Notes under the pieces: model-generated
Told to the model about the DNA's origin: nothing
The model's database searches: none
The model's input: only the letters and a program-made list of their open reading frames with translations
Origin: Candidatus Woesearchaeota archaeon
GTDB taxonomy: Archaea; Nanobdellota; Nanobdellia; SCGC-AAA011-G17; JACPIM01
Assembly (NCBI GenBank): GCA_964513145.1
Contig: CAZELK010000001.1
Span: 153,692 to 217,691, forward strand
Reading direction: 5' to 3'
DNA: 64,000 nucleotides
Program-made: the position numbers and the translations under genes
Shown here: positions 47,790-57,725 of the stretch, in pieces
Numbering within the stretch: position 1 is the stretch's first letter
Layout of the letters: every line of letters starts with the position of its first letter

Positions 47790-49052
47790 TTAATATACTC
47801 TTGTTTGAAGATAAAATCCAGTACTAGATGAGGCTTGACAACAAACTTCCAATGGATCTGTGCCTGGGTTTGTTGATCCAAAACTTGAGCATGAGGACAC
47901 TCGAAAATCTGTACATATTTGTTCATTACTATTCCATCTTTTTCCACTAGGACAACAACCTGCTTCCGGCTGTTTTTTATTCGGCTCCCAGAAATTACAG
48001 GTTGTACCAAATGTGCACTGGTCAAGACCTTTACTGCAAAATGAATTTGCATTAGCTCCATTTGGATCACAGGAATTAGAATTGCAAACTCCTGAATCAC
48101 TTAAAAGATAAGTTAATATGGCTTGAGAACCAGATGTACTATCTAATCTAACTCTTATGTCTTTAATATTGTCTGCTGGAGAACTTAAATCTATATCCAA
48201 GAAATTGTTTTTAGCCAGGTTTGAAGTTGTTGATGAAACTGTGATGCTTACTGTGTTTTGATCTGGAACATTATTTAATCTTAATGTAAGAACCTGGTTA
48301 TTCCAGATAAATTTTGAGCTTGAACCAGAATTTAATGTGACTGTAATTAAACCATATTCACATTTATTTGATATTGAATCCCATTTTTTTCCAGGAGAAC
48401 AACATTTGTTATTTGTACTATCCCAGTTGCATTCATTTGAAGTACATGCACTTTGTGAATTACATACATTATTCTGGCAGGAATTAATTGAACATAAAGT
48501 TGGTTCAGAACGATAATTTTTACAGCATAATTTAGTATTGTAACCAGAAATACAGTCACCTACATGAGCATTTGTATCACCCGAAATTGAGACTACACAT
48601 TGTTCATCTGCATTGCAATTTCCTAGTCTGTAATTACAAGTTAAATCACTTGAACAAACTTTTTGAGCATAATTTCCAGTACCAGTTGGTTTTTCAACAT
48701 GTGCATTTGTAACAGAACTTAATTTTATTATAACATCACTATTATCTGCATCACAAGTTCTGTCTGTAATAACTAAACCATTTGTACAAGCCCTGAAATT
48801 ATACGCAGTATCTGAAAACAATGCTGCATGTGCATTTGAAGAAGAACTTAATTTAAAAAGAGTGTTTGCATCAATGCATGTAGTTAATACACTTCTGCCT
48901 GTAATCAGATTAACTCCCCTGCTGTAGAATTCATTACTTAATTCCTTAAAATTGGGATTAAAATTACCCAATATATTTATTCCAAAGAACGAAACTATGA
49001 TGATTGATATAATAACTGTTAAATAAATTACATGTTTATCATTTATTTCCAT
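47790..49052 (-). CDS. Cys-rich membrane-anchored/secreted protein with NAH repeats
   Basis: N-terminal TM; SNAHA, TNAHV, TNAHV; repeated KCCxxGKxW modules. Confidence 0.65.
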   Translation of the reverse strand: MEINDKHVIYLTVIISIIIVSFFGINILGNFNPNFKELSNEFYSRGVNLITGRSVLTTCIDANTLFKLSSSSNAHAALFSDTAYNFRACTNGLVITDRTCDADNSDVIIKLSSVTNAHVEKPTGTGNYAQKVCSSDLTCNYRLGNCNADEQCVVSISGDTNAHVGDCISGYNTKLCCKNYRSEPTLCSINSCQNNVCNSQSACTSNECNWDSTNNKCCSPGKKWDSISNKCEYGLITVTLNSGSSSKFIWNNQVLTLRLNNVPDQNTVSITVSSTTSNLAKNNFLDIDLSSPADNIKDIRVRLDSTSGSQAILTYLLSDSGVCNSNSCDPNGANANSFCSKGLDQCTFGTTCNFWEPNKKQPEAGCCPSGKRWNSNEQICTDFRVSSCSSFGSTNPGTDPLEVCCQASSSTGFYLQTRVY

Positions 49053-49202
49053 TTATTACCTCTTATTTTATAATTTATATTTATTTAATTTCCTTATAAA
49101 ATTTACTAAAATTAGTACGTCTTTAACTCCTAAAAACATTTAAGTCCAACACGTACTATTTATAAAAAGTTTTAAATATCAAATTAATCCTAATTTAATG
49201 TA

Positions 49203-50339
49203 ATGATCAGGTATCCTGAGATTACAAAAGAGGGTTTAAAGAAGGTTCTTTCTCCTTATACAAAAGTATTTAAAAATATCAATGTAGATACTTATGTAGG
49301 TTTCCTTAATAAAATATCTTCTAAAAAAATCCCTGAAAAAATAGATAAAGAAGTTCAAAAATTACCAAAAGCAGATATAAAAATAGTTGCAAATTCAAAG
49401 AATAATTTTAACGGTTCTATAAAAATAAATTCTGTAAGCAAGCATTTTGGCAAAAATAATGTAATAAATAATCTTAGTATGAATATACCAAAAGGCAAGA
49501 TACTTGGTTTAGTTGGCATAAGCGGTTCTGGAAAAACAACATTGTTAAAATTAATTGTCGGTTTTTACAAGCCAACAAATGGAAGCGTTTTGATAGATAA
49601 TAAGGATATTTTAAAGCATAATAAATCCATAAAAAGAAATTTTGGTTTTGGTTCTCAGGAAAATTGCTTCTATGGAAAATTAAATTCTGAAGAAAATATA
49701 AGGTATTTTGCTGAGTTATATGGTTTGTCAGATGACTATGTTGATTTAAGAATGGACACAATTTTAAATTTAGTGGGCCTTTACAGTGCAAGAAAAACAC
49801 TTGCTGATAATTTAAGCACAGGCATGAAAAGGCGCCTTGATATAGCTTGCTCTTTAGTTCATGATCCAAGCATATTAATCCTGGACGAGCCGACAGAAGA
49901 TTTGGATTTAAATTTAAGAAAAGAAATATTAAGCTTGATAAGAAAAATAAACAGGGAAGGAAAAACAGTAATTATGACTTCTCACTTGCTTGGCGAAATA
50001 GAGAATATATGTGATTATGTAGGCATATTAAATAATGGAAAACTTGCAAAGTTCGGCTCTCCAGACCAGTTAAGAAAAGAATACACAAATGATTATGAAA
50101 TTCATCTTCAGACAGAATCAAAAAAATATAATTTCTTACTTAAGGGATTAAAAGTAAAAAAGACAATAAAAAAAGGAAGAAGCATATTGCTTTATGTTTC
50201 AGACGGCGAAAAAGCTGTTAATCAGATAATATCTAAAGCAAGAAAAAAGAGGGATAAGATTGTCAGCTTAAAATTAAGCAAACCAAGTTTAAGCGAGGTT
50301 TTCCAGTCTTATACAAAAGATGTTAGGAAAGAAAAGTAA
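49203..50339 (+). CDS. ABC transporter ATP-binding protein
   Basis: GISGSGKT, LSTGM, ILDEP, SH. Confidence 0.95.
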   Translation: MIRYPEITKEGLKKVLSPYTKVFKNINVDTYVGFLNKISSKKIPEKIDKEVQKLPKADIKIVANSKNNFNGSIKINSVSKHFGKNNVINNLSMNIPKGKILGLVGISGSGKTTLLKLIVGFYKPTNGSVLIDNKDILKHNKSIKRNFGFGSQENCFYGKLNSEENIRYFAELYGLSDDYVDLRMDTILNLVGLYSARKTLADNLSTGMKRRLDIACSLVHDPSILILDEPTEDLDLNLRKEILSLIRKINREGKTVIMTSHLLGEIENICDYVGILNNGKLAKFGSPDQLRKEYTNDYEIHLQTESKKYNFLLKGLKVKKTIKKGRSILLYVSDGEKAVNQIISKARKKRDKIVSLKLSKPSLSEVFQSYTKDVRKEK

Positions 50340-51927
50340 TTTTAAAAATCAGAAATTCATAAAGAAAATAAGAAGCATATCATTAATAAGTACATTTTTT
50401 GGTTTGTTAAAAAAGAATCTAAAGCTTATACTTAGAAGTAGAAGTTCTGCAATGATTATTCTGTTGGGACCTTTAATAATTATTTTCTTGGTTGGTGCTG
50501 CTTTTAACACCTCAAATTTGTTTAATATTAAAATCGGGACATATTCTGGGTCATACAGCCAGTTATCTGAAAACTTATTAAAAGAATTAGGCGACAAACA
50601 ATTTCAAGTAGTAAAATTAGACAGCAAGGAAAGTTGTCTCACAAGTTTAAAAAATAATGAAGTACATGTTTGTGCTATATTCCCGAATGACCTCCAGGTT
50701 GGTGGTAATGAAAATTTAGAGTTCTATGTTGATAATTCTAAAATAAACCTCGTATGGATAATTATAGACACAATATCTACAAAAGTCTCCACAAAAAGTT
50801 CAGAATTAAGCCAGCAATTGGCAGGAAATTTATTGACAACCTTAAGCAAGGCAGAATCTAATTTAAATTCAAAAATAAGCACAGTAGAAAATATTGGCAA
50901 AACAAACATCGATATTCAGACAAAATTCACAACAATAACAAGCACAATAGGTGATACAGATTTAACATTTACAGTTAGCCAGATTGGTGTTGATAAGATA
51001 AGTAATAAATTAGATAAAATTATAACAGACAATAAATTTAATAAGTCTTTATTCGAAACTGTTGACACTGCAATAAAAGACTCAATAAAAAACACAAAAG
51101 ATCTCCAGAAAAAGTTCAATTCAACAAATATAGTTATACAAGATTTGGTTAAATACATAGATGATGCTAATAAATTAGTAACAACTAACAGCGAAGGAGT
51201 TAAGGATTTACAAAACACAATAAATACAATAAGCTCAGATATAAATAATGTCAAAAGCACAAGTGCTGAAACAATAGCAAGCCCGATAAAATTATCTATA
51301 AACCCAATATCTGTTAAGACAACACACTTAAACTTTTTATTCCCTACTTTGGTAGTATTAATTATAATGTTTATAGGACTTTTGCTAAGCTCAATTCTGG
51401 TTGTGCGGGAAAAATTGTCCAATGCTTATTTCAGAAATTTTATTACACCAACAAGCGACATATTGTTCATATTAAGCGACTATTTTACAAATTTTATTGT
51501 TTTATTTATCCAGCTTGGAATAATCTTTTCTGTAGGAATTTATTTTTTCGGAGAAGGCTTGGTAAGCGTTTTGTTAAACAGCGCAGTTTTAGTAATTTTA
51601 TTAAGCACATTATTTATTTTCTTGGGTATGCTGATAGGCTATTTGTTTAAAAGTGAGGAAACAGTTGTCATGGCTACATTTTCATTAGGAAGTATATTTT
51701 TATTTTTCTCAGGAACTATATTGCCATTGGAAACATTGCCAGAATATATAAGAAAAATAGCAGATCTTAATCCATTTGTTTTAGGTGAAAGTATTTTAAA
51801 GAAAGTTATGTTATTTGATTTTAGTTTAAGTCAATTGGGTATTTCTTTATACTATCTGCTAATCTACATTGGTGTTCTTGTTATTGGCGTTTATTTGGCT
51901 AGAAAATTAAGCAAAAGAACAATCTAG
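50320..51927 (+). CDS. ABC-2 type permease with large extracellular domain
   Basis: N-terminal TM, helical insert, six C-terminal TMs, FFSGTILP. Confidence 0.9.
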   Translation: MLGKKSNFKNQKFIKKIRSISLISTFFGLLKKNLKLILRSRSSAMIILLGPLIIIFLVGAAFNTSNLFNIKIGTYSGSYSQLSENLLKELGDKQFQVVKLDSKESCLTSLKNNEVHVCAIFPNDLQVGGNENLEFYVDNSKINLVWIIIDTISTKVSTKSSELSQQLAGNLLTTLSKAESNLNSKISTVENIGKTNIDIQTKFTTITSTIGDTDLTFTVSQIGVDKISNKLDKIITDNKFNKSLFETVDTAIKDSIKNTKDLQKKFNSTNIVIQDLVKYIDDANKLVTTNSEGVKDLQNTINTISSDINNVKSTSAETIASPIKLSINPISVKTTHLNFLFPTLVVLIIMFIGLLLSSILVVREKLSNAYFRNFITPTSDILFILSDYFTNFIVLFIQLGIIFSVGIYFFGEGLVSVLLNSAVLVILLSTLFIFLGMLIGYLFKSEETVVMATFSLGSIFLFFSGTILPLETLPEYIRKIADLNPFVLGESILKKVMLFDFSLSQLGISLYYLLIYIGVLVIGVYLARKLSKRTI

Positions 51928-51967
51928 TATAATAATTTTTATAAATTAATTTATTTTAAAAACTAAA

Positions 51968-52372
51968 ATGAGAGATGATTTTTGGTTAAATGAAAGGTTG
52001 GATAACATATGGGGTCTGCTTTTCTCTGATGTTAAAAAAGAAAATCATGTATATGCTAAATTCAAGGGAAAATGGAAAAATAAATTTGGCCATATAAAAA
52101 TGCATAGAAACAAGAGCAGTGAAATAGCTGTTAATAGTTTATTTAAAAATGATGTAGTGCCAGAATATATTATAGATGTAACAATAGCCCATGAGCTGGT
52201 TCATTATAGTCATGGTTTTAATAGCCCTTTAAAAAAATTATATAAGCACCCCCACAAAGGCGGCATTGTTAATAAAGAACTTAAAAAGCGCGGATTTGGG
52301 CATATGATATCTGTTGAAAAAGAATTTGTTAAAAACAAATGGCTTGGAATTTATAAATTGCTTAAGCACTAA
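51968..52372 (+). CDS. SprT-like zinc metalloprotease
   Basis: AHELVH, HPHKG. Confidence 0.75.
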   Translation: MRDDFWLNERLDNIWGLLFSDVKKENHVYAKFKGKWKNKFGHIKMHRNKSSEIAVNSLFKNDVVPEYIIDVTIAHELVHYSHGFNSPLKKLYKHPHKGGIVNKELKKRGFGHMISVEKEFVKNKWLGIYKLLKH

Positions 52373-52660
52373 TTACTTTTTATAAGGAAATCGCATATAA
52401 TTTTTGCAATTAAGGCAGTAATAAACAAGTTTTTTGTTTTTTATTCTTGTTCTGACATTTAAGCCAGGCACAAGATATTTATGGCATTTTTTGCAATATT
52501 GTTTTTTTAAGTCGCTTGGCATGCTTATCTGCATTTTCATTGCTATCTTTCTTGCAATTTCAACATATCTGTCTGCCAGCTTCATATCTTTTTTATAAAC
52601 TTCCCTTGCTTTCGCAAATAAATTTATTATTCTTTCTTTAGCTATTTGTTTTATATCCAT
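52373..52660 (-). CDS. rnp4: RNase P protein Rpp21
   Basis: IAKERI, RYV, CKKC, CLNC. Confidence 0.95.
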   Translation of the reverse strand: MDIKQIAKERIINLFAKAREVYKKDMKLADRYVEIARKIAMKMQISMPSDLKKQYCKKCHKYLVPGLNVRTRIKNKKLVYYCLNCKNYMRFPYKK

Positions 52661-52743
52661 TACTTTTTAGAAAATTATAGAATATTTAATTATATGTTTT
52701 AAAAGAATATAAAAAAGAGAGCTCCGATCCCTAAATTAATTAA

Positions 52744-52859
52744 AGGGACAGCTTCCCAGACTTCCCATTGCATAGAACAGTACAATCTAGGACGTTGACT
52801 TGTTTAACTTCAGTGTTCGAAATGGGAACTGGTGGAACCAAGTCACTATGGCCGTCCTC
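52744..52859 (-). rRNA. rrf: 5S rRNA (stand-alone)
   Basis: GGACGGCCATAG...CCCATTTCGAACACTGAAGTTAA...GCTGTCC; helix I pairs. Confidence 0.92.
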
Positions 52860-52936
52860 AAAGTATTTCTAAAATAAGTAATATATAAAGCTGTCGGGCA
52901 ATACCAGTAAATTGTAAGGTAGACTAACTGAGCTGT

Positions 52937-53086
52937 CTATTTCTCATTTATAGCATGTTTAGTAATCTCTAAATTACAGCTGTTATGGGCTTCGCACCAT
53001 TTCTGGCATTTTTCAGCCCAAGATTTATCTTTATATTTGAATTTACATGATTCACAGACATAATACTGATTATCTTTAACTACCAT
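52937..53086 (-). CDS. 49-aa Cys/His-rich putative Zn-binding protein
   Basis: Below the track cutoff: MVVKDNQYYVCESCKFKYKDKSWAEKCQKWCEAHNSCNLEITKHAINEK. Confidence 0.7.
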   Translation of the reverse strand: MVVKDNQYYVCESCKFKYKDKSWAEKCQKWCEAHNSCNLEITKHAINEK

Positions 53087-53252
53087 CAAAAATAAGAAAT
53101 TATAGAATTATTTAAAATTATCTGCCTGATCTATCTGAACTTTATATAAAACTGCAAATAGCTTAGAACTTATAATTGGTTAAGCTACTCTTATAAAAAC
53201 TCATCAATAGTTTCATTTCACCATCCCCCCAGTAAATTACCATCTACTCTAT

Positions 53253-53690
53253 TTAATCAGCTGCATAACCGTGTTCTATAAGCCAGTGAGCAATTTTAGC
53301 TGCCTTATAATTTTTTTTAATATATAGTCTGGAGTAAACTAGATTTCTAAAATGTGAGATATTTAATCCCATTTCTTCTGCTGCTTTTTTATATCCGCCA
53401 CTTTTTATAATGATGCATTTTACCTTACTTGGAATTGGGTGTTCTAATAGTCTATTAATTTTCTCTACTAAATCTGGATTTCTTATTTGATCATAATATA
53501 CTTCCGCAGATTTCTCTTTATCATAAGTATCTTTTTTTGAAGATGTAATTTTACAAAGCAGTTTTTCTAATCTTCTTAATACTATAAACTTTTTTTCTGT
53601 GTCAGCCAGTAAATAAATTGATCTAAGATGTTCTATTTTAGAATTATACAGCTTATTCCAAATCTCTTCTTGATTTGTTTCTTGGTTCAT
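53253..53690 (-). CDS. Tandem paralogue B, C-terminal HTH-like motif
   Basis: First 27 aa identical to 53691-54128; GGYKKAAEEMGLNISHF. Confidence 0.6.
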   Translation of the reverse strand: MNQETNQEEIWNKLYNSKIEHLRSIYLLADTEKKFIVLRRLEKLLCKITSSKKDTYDKEKSAEVYYDQIRNPDLVEKINRLLEHPIPSKVKCIIIKSGGYKKAAEEMGLNISHFRNLVYSRLYIKKNYKAAKIAHWLIEHGYAAD

Positions 53691-54130
53691 TTAAACATCA
53701 TATCCATGATCTATAAACCAGTGCGCAATCTGCGCCCCGTAAGGTGCTATCATATATCTCGGCGTTAAGAATTTAAAATCAGATATATAGAGGTTTGTAT
53801 CCCTTTCTAGTTTTCTTATACCACCAGAGGTTTTCAGAATTTTTTTCATTTTTTTGAAATCTAAATTATCTAAAAATTTTTTAACCTTTGAATCTAATTC
53901 ATCATTTTGAAGATCATCCATAGATTTTTCTTTGGGCTCTTTAGTTTTAGTATTTACTATTTTAGTAGGAGAACGCTTTGAGAATGGCGCAGAAATCAAA
54001 GTTTCCAAATTATTTAATAAAACCATTCTCTTTTCTGCATCAGATTTTAAATAAATTGATCTAAGATGTTCTATTTTAGAATTATACAGCTTATTCCAAA
54101 TCTCTTCTTGATTTGTTTCTTGGTTCATTT
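53610..54130. repeat. 83-bp perfect direct repeat (53610-53692 and 54048-54130; period 438)
   Basis: Base-by-base comparison; covers the 5' ends of both paralogues. Confidence 0.9.
53691..54128 (-). CDS. Tandem paralogue A
   Basis: Same N-terminus; shared IAHW.I.HGY tail. Confidence 0.6.
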   Translation of the reverse strand: MNQETNQEEIWNKLYNSKIEHLRSIYLKSDAEKRMVLLNNLETLISAPFSKRSPTKIVNTKTKEPKEKSMDDLQNDELDSKVKKFLDNLDFKKMKKILKTSGGIRKLERDTNLYISDFKFLTPRYMIAPYGAQIAHWFIDHGYDV

Positions 54131-54213
54131 TTATTGTAACCCTAGAAGCCAGCTCAACCCTTGGTTTAGAATAAGCTAAAGGCTGAGCTTAGCTCCTGGG
54201 AAAAAAGAGGTGA

Positions 54214-55011
54214 CTATTTTGTGTTGCAATATAAATTATACATGTCTTCCAGTGCTTTTGCGAAATAAGGCGAGTTTACCCATATGCTTGTATCATAACT
54301 TTCATGAGTGTTTTTATCATCATTTACCATAAATAAAACATCTTTAGTATCAACAATAACAAATCTTGTATTTAAGTTAGGGACTATTTTTATTTGGAAA
54401 ACATTATTTAATTCCTTTAATTCCTTGTTTATTTCTTCATTCATTTTAGGTATTGCTACCTTTATTTTTATTCCCTTTGCATTTAATTTCTTAAATCTTA
54501 ATCTTAAATTTTGTAATTTTCTCAAAAATTCTTCACTTGTAGTCGCAATAGTAACTGTTTTTTCAGCATTTTGTAATAATGTGCTTAAATATAAATATAT
54601 ATTATCCCTTCCCTTAATTGATCCTGAAAGAGATGTATGATCAATATGCTGTATACCTTGCTTATATAGTAGTTCTAAATCTTTGAAAAGACCTTCTTGT
54701 TTCACGCTTTCAATGCTTTTTAATTTTAAATCTGCATTAAATTGTATTGTGTTTTTCACTCGTTTAAGAATTTCTTCAGGTTTAACAGCCAAATATTTTA
54801 TTGGTTTTCCTAATTTCATTATAATAAAACCCTTTTTCTCTAGGCTTTCTAAAACATCATAAGCCCTTGATCTAGGAACATTACCAATTTCACTCAATTC
54901 CCCAGCTGAAGATACACCCCTGGACAATAAAGCAGTCCATATTTTAACTTCGTAGATGTTTAGATCAAAGGCTACTCTTAATTTTTTTAAAAAGTGATCT
55001 TGAACTATCAT
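54214..55011 (-). CDS. TrmB-family transcriptional regulator
   Basis: LNIYEVKIW, VPRSRAYDVLESLEKKG, PIKYLAV. Confidence 0.92.
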   Translation of the reverse strand: MIVQDHFLKKLRVAFDLNIYEVKIWTALLSRGVSSAGELSEIGNVPRSRAYDVLESLEKKGFIIMKLGKPIKYLAVKPEEILKRVKNTIQFNADLKLKSIESVKQEGLFKDLELLYKQGIQHIDHTSLSGSIKGRDNIYLYLSTLLQNAEKTVTIATTSEEFLRKLQNLRLRFKKLNAKGIKIKVAIPKMNEEINKELKELNNVFQIKIVPNLNTRFVIVDTKDVLFMVNDDKNTHESYDTSIWVNSPYFAKALEDMYNLYCNTK

Positions 55012-55238
55012 GTTTTATTTTTCCGTAAACTATTACTACTTTCTGATGAGAACCCATATATAAAGCTTTCTATTAGTAGTTATTGGTAAGTGATAAATAA
55101 TAAGTTTTAATACTATAGCAAAAAGAAAATAAGGATATATGTGGTTTTATTTTGGAAATATATCTGATTTGAAGAAATTAGTAAAAGATTTGATGTTCAA
55201 GTTTTGAATTTATTAAAAATATAAAAAATAAAAAAGAA

Positions 55239-56381
55239 TTAAGCTGGAACAGCTTCTTCAGTTTTTCCTTCTTTGTCGGCTGTATTATCTCTTTCGCTGT
55301 TTTTTTCTCTAGCTTCCTTTTCTGCTTCTAATTTCTCTTTTATAGCTTCTCTCTCTGTTTCCCTTGTTTCCTTAAGTTCTTTTCTTACTTCTTTTAGTTC
55401 TTTAATGTCTTTCTTGATTTCACTTAATTTTTCTATTCTTAATTTCTTTAATTCTGTTAATTTCTCGTTATCATTGTTTTCTAAAGCCCTGAAAGCCTCT
55501 CTGAAATTTAAAAGCTGATGTGCCTTTTTGATAAGCGCCCTTATTTGTTCTAAATCATTGGTTTCTAATTTGGTTTTTATTTCCTTGATTATTCCTTCAA
55601 CATCTTGTAATCTCTGTTCCATATCTACTACATCCCTTCCCCTGTCTTTGTGTTTTTGAACAATTTCTTTTAATTTCTCAAGCTTTTGTTCTAGTCTTTC
55701 AACATCTTTCTCTGCATTTTTAAGTTTAACTTCGCTTAATTTGTGTTTTTCTTCAATTTCTTTTAATTTGTCTTCAATTTCTTTGTCTGTTTTTCCAGAA
55801 TTTTTGAGTCTTATTTTTAATTTATTTTCCTTGTCATTTAACTTAATTTTTACTTCTCCAATATTCTTGTCTAAAGAATTAAGGAAATCATTTAATTTAG
55901 CTAATTGTTCTTCACTTAATTTTCCAACAATCTTTAAGTCAGCACTGCTGGAAACTTCTTCTAATATATTCTGCTGGTCTTCTAATCTTATTTTCAAGTC
56001 AGCTTGTTTGTTTATTTCTTCTTCTGAATCATCTTCAGAAATTTTCTCTAAATTTGCCTTTGCATCATCCAATAATCTTTTATGATCTTCTTTTAGTCTT
56101 TGTAAGTGTTCTAATTTATTCTCAGCTACTAATTTTTTTGCAGCAAGAATTCTTTCCCTTGCAAAATTAAGCCCTTTCTGGGCTTTTTTAGCTTTATTAA
56201 AAGTTAAAGCCAGACTAATCCTTTCATATGCATTATTTAATCCATATAAGGAACTTTCTGGTGTTATTGCGTCAATATCTTCTGTAACAGTTGTTTCTTC
56301 TTGAGCATAAACTATTGTCATGCCTAAAACCAAAAATACTGTTATAAATAATGTTAAAAACTTGTTCATTTTATCCTCCAT
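55239..56381 (-). CDS. Secreted coiled-coil protein (DUF5667-like N-terminus)
   Basis: Signal peptide, ITPESSLYGL..AYERI.LALTF, E/K-rich coils. Confidence 0.65.
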   Translation of the reverse strand: MEDKMNKFLTLFITVFLVLGMTIVYAQEETTVTEDIDAITPESSLYGLNNAYERISLALTFNKAKKAQKGLNFARERILAAKKLVAENKLEHLQRLKEDHKRLLDDAKANLEKISEDDSEEEINKQADLKIRLEDQQNILEEVSSSADLKIVGKLSEEQLAKLNDFLNSLDKNIGEVKIKLNDKENKLKIRLKNSGKTDKEIEDKLKEIEEKHKLSEVKLKNAEKDVERLEQKLEKLKEIVQKHKDRGRDVVDMEQRLQDVEGIIKEIKTKLETNDLEQIRALIKKAHQLLNFREAFRALENNDNEKLTELKKLRIEKLSEIKKDIKELKEVRKELKETRETEREAIKEKLEAEKEAREKNSERDNTADKEGKTEEAVPA

Positions 56382-56384
56382 ATA

Positions 56385-57620
56385 TTATCTTCTTGATCTA
56401 TAATTTGAAGTTCTTCTGTGTTGGTAATTGTTTGAATAATCTTTATTGTACCCTTCTCTTCTGTCTGAACTAAATCCTCTTCTCTGGGTATTTTGATGCC
56501 TGATAAAAGGCACTCTTGGAAAAACAGGTAATTCATTTTTATGAATTTCTATGCTTCTGTTTCTTAATACGCTGTCAAAATTAGCATGATCTTTTTCACT
56601 TAATAAAGTAACTGCATCCCCCTTCATGCCAGCCCTTGCAGTTCTTCCAATTCTGTGAATATATTCTTCAGAAGTTTTAGGTACATCATAATTATATACA
56701 TGAGATATATTTTTTATATCTAAACCCCTGCCAGCAACATCAGTCGCAACTAAAACTTGTATATTTTCTTTTTTTAATTCTTCAAGAGCATATTGTCTTT
56801 TGTTTTGTGTAAGTCCGCCATGTATTGCCATTGTCCTTATTTTCTGCATTTTCAAGTTTTTTGTCAAAGAATCAACTTCCCTTCTTGTGGCACAAAAAAC
56901 TAAAGCCAATCCAGATTCTTTTTGTTTGATTAAATGCACTAATAAAGAAAACTTTTCATAATATTTAACATTATAATAAACTTGTTTTAATAAACTCTTG
57001 TCTACATGCTCTTCTGTTTTAATTATTGTTGGGGACTTTAAATGTTTTTTAACAATATGAAGTACGCTTTTCGATAATGTGGCGCTAAATAATAATGTCT
57101 GTCTTTCTTTGGGAACTGATTTTAATATTTCTTCAACAGCTTCTAAAAAACCCATTTCAAACATTTTGTCTGCTTCATCCAGAACTAGAATTTTAACATT
57201 ATGAAAAGAAATTGTTCTTCTATTGATGTGGTCTTGAATTCTTCCAGGTGTACCAACAACTATTTCTGCTGTCTTTAAAGCAGTAATTTGTGGTTCAATG
57301 CCAACGCCACCATAAACACTGACAGTTCTTATATTAAGAAATTTGCCAAACTGTCTTAAAGCCTCTGTTACCTGTACACAAAGCTCTCTTGTTGGTGTTA
57401 AAATTAACGCCTGAATTCCTTTCCCTGATGTAATATTTTGCAGAATAGGTAAGCCAAAGGCAGCAGTTTTGCCTGATCCGGTTTTAGACTGCCCAAAAAT
57501 ATCCCTGCTTTCAAAAATAAGGGGAATACATTTTTGTTGTATCTCAGTAAATTCTTCATATCCAAGTTCTTTTACTGCTTTTATTAAGCTAGGACTCAAA
57601 TTTAGTTCTTCTATATTCAT
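56385..57620 (-). CDS. DEAD-box RNA helicase
   Basis: TEIQ, SKTGSGKT, PTREL, DEAD, SAT, HRIGRTARAG. Confidence 0.97.
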   Translation of the reverse strand: MNIEELNLSPSLIKAVKELGYEEFTEIQQKCIPLIFESRDIFGQSKTGSGKTAAFGLPILQNITSGKGIQALILTPTRELCVQVTEALRQFGKFLNIRTVSVYGGVGIEPQITALKTAEIVVGTPGRIQDHINRRTISFHNVKILVLDEADKMFEMGFLEAVEEILKSVPKERQTLLFSATLSKSVLHIVKKHLKSPTIIKTEEHVDKSLLKQVYYNVKYYEKFSLLVHLIKQKESGLALVFCATRREVDSLTKNLKMQKIRTMAIHGGLTQNKRQYALEELKKENIQVLVATDVAGRGLDIKNISHVYNYDVPKTSEEYIHRIGRTARAGMKGDAVTLLSEKDHANFDSVLRNRSIEIHKNELPVFPRVPFIRHQNTQRRGFSSDRREGYNKDYSNNYQHRRTSNYRSRR

Positions 57621-57725
57621 TTTCTTATATTTTATTCTAATTTACCCCTTTATAAAGCTTACAACCCCAAATTTCTAAAAAAAGAAATTCCTTTCACAAT
57701 TCTTTTTTATATATTATAGAAAAAA

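Noticed and set aside
53253-54128. Paralogue pair as a DGR template/variable repeat
   Set aside because: Differences include indels and all base types rather than adenine-specific changes; no reverse transcriptase in the window.
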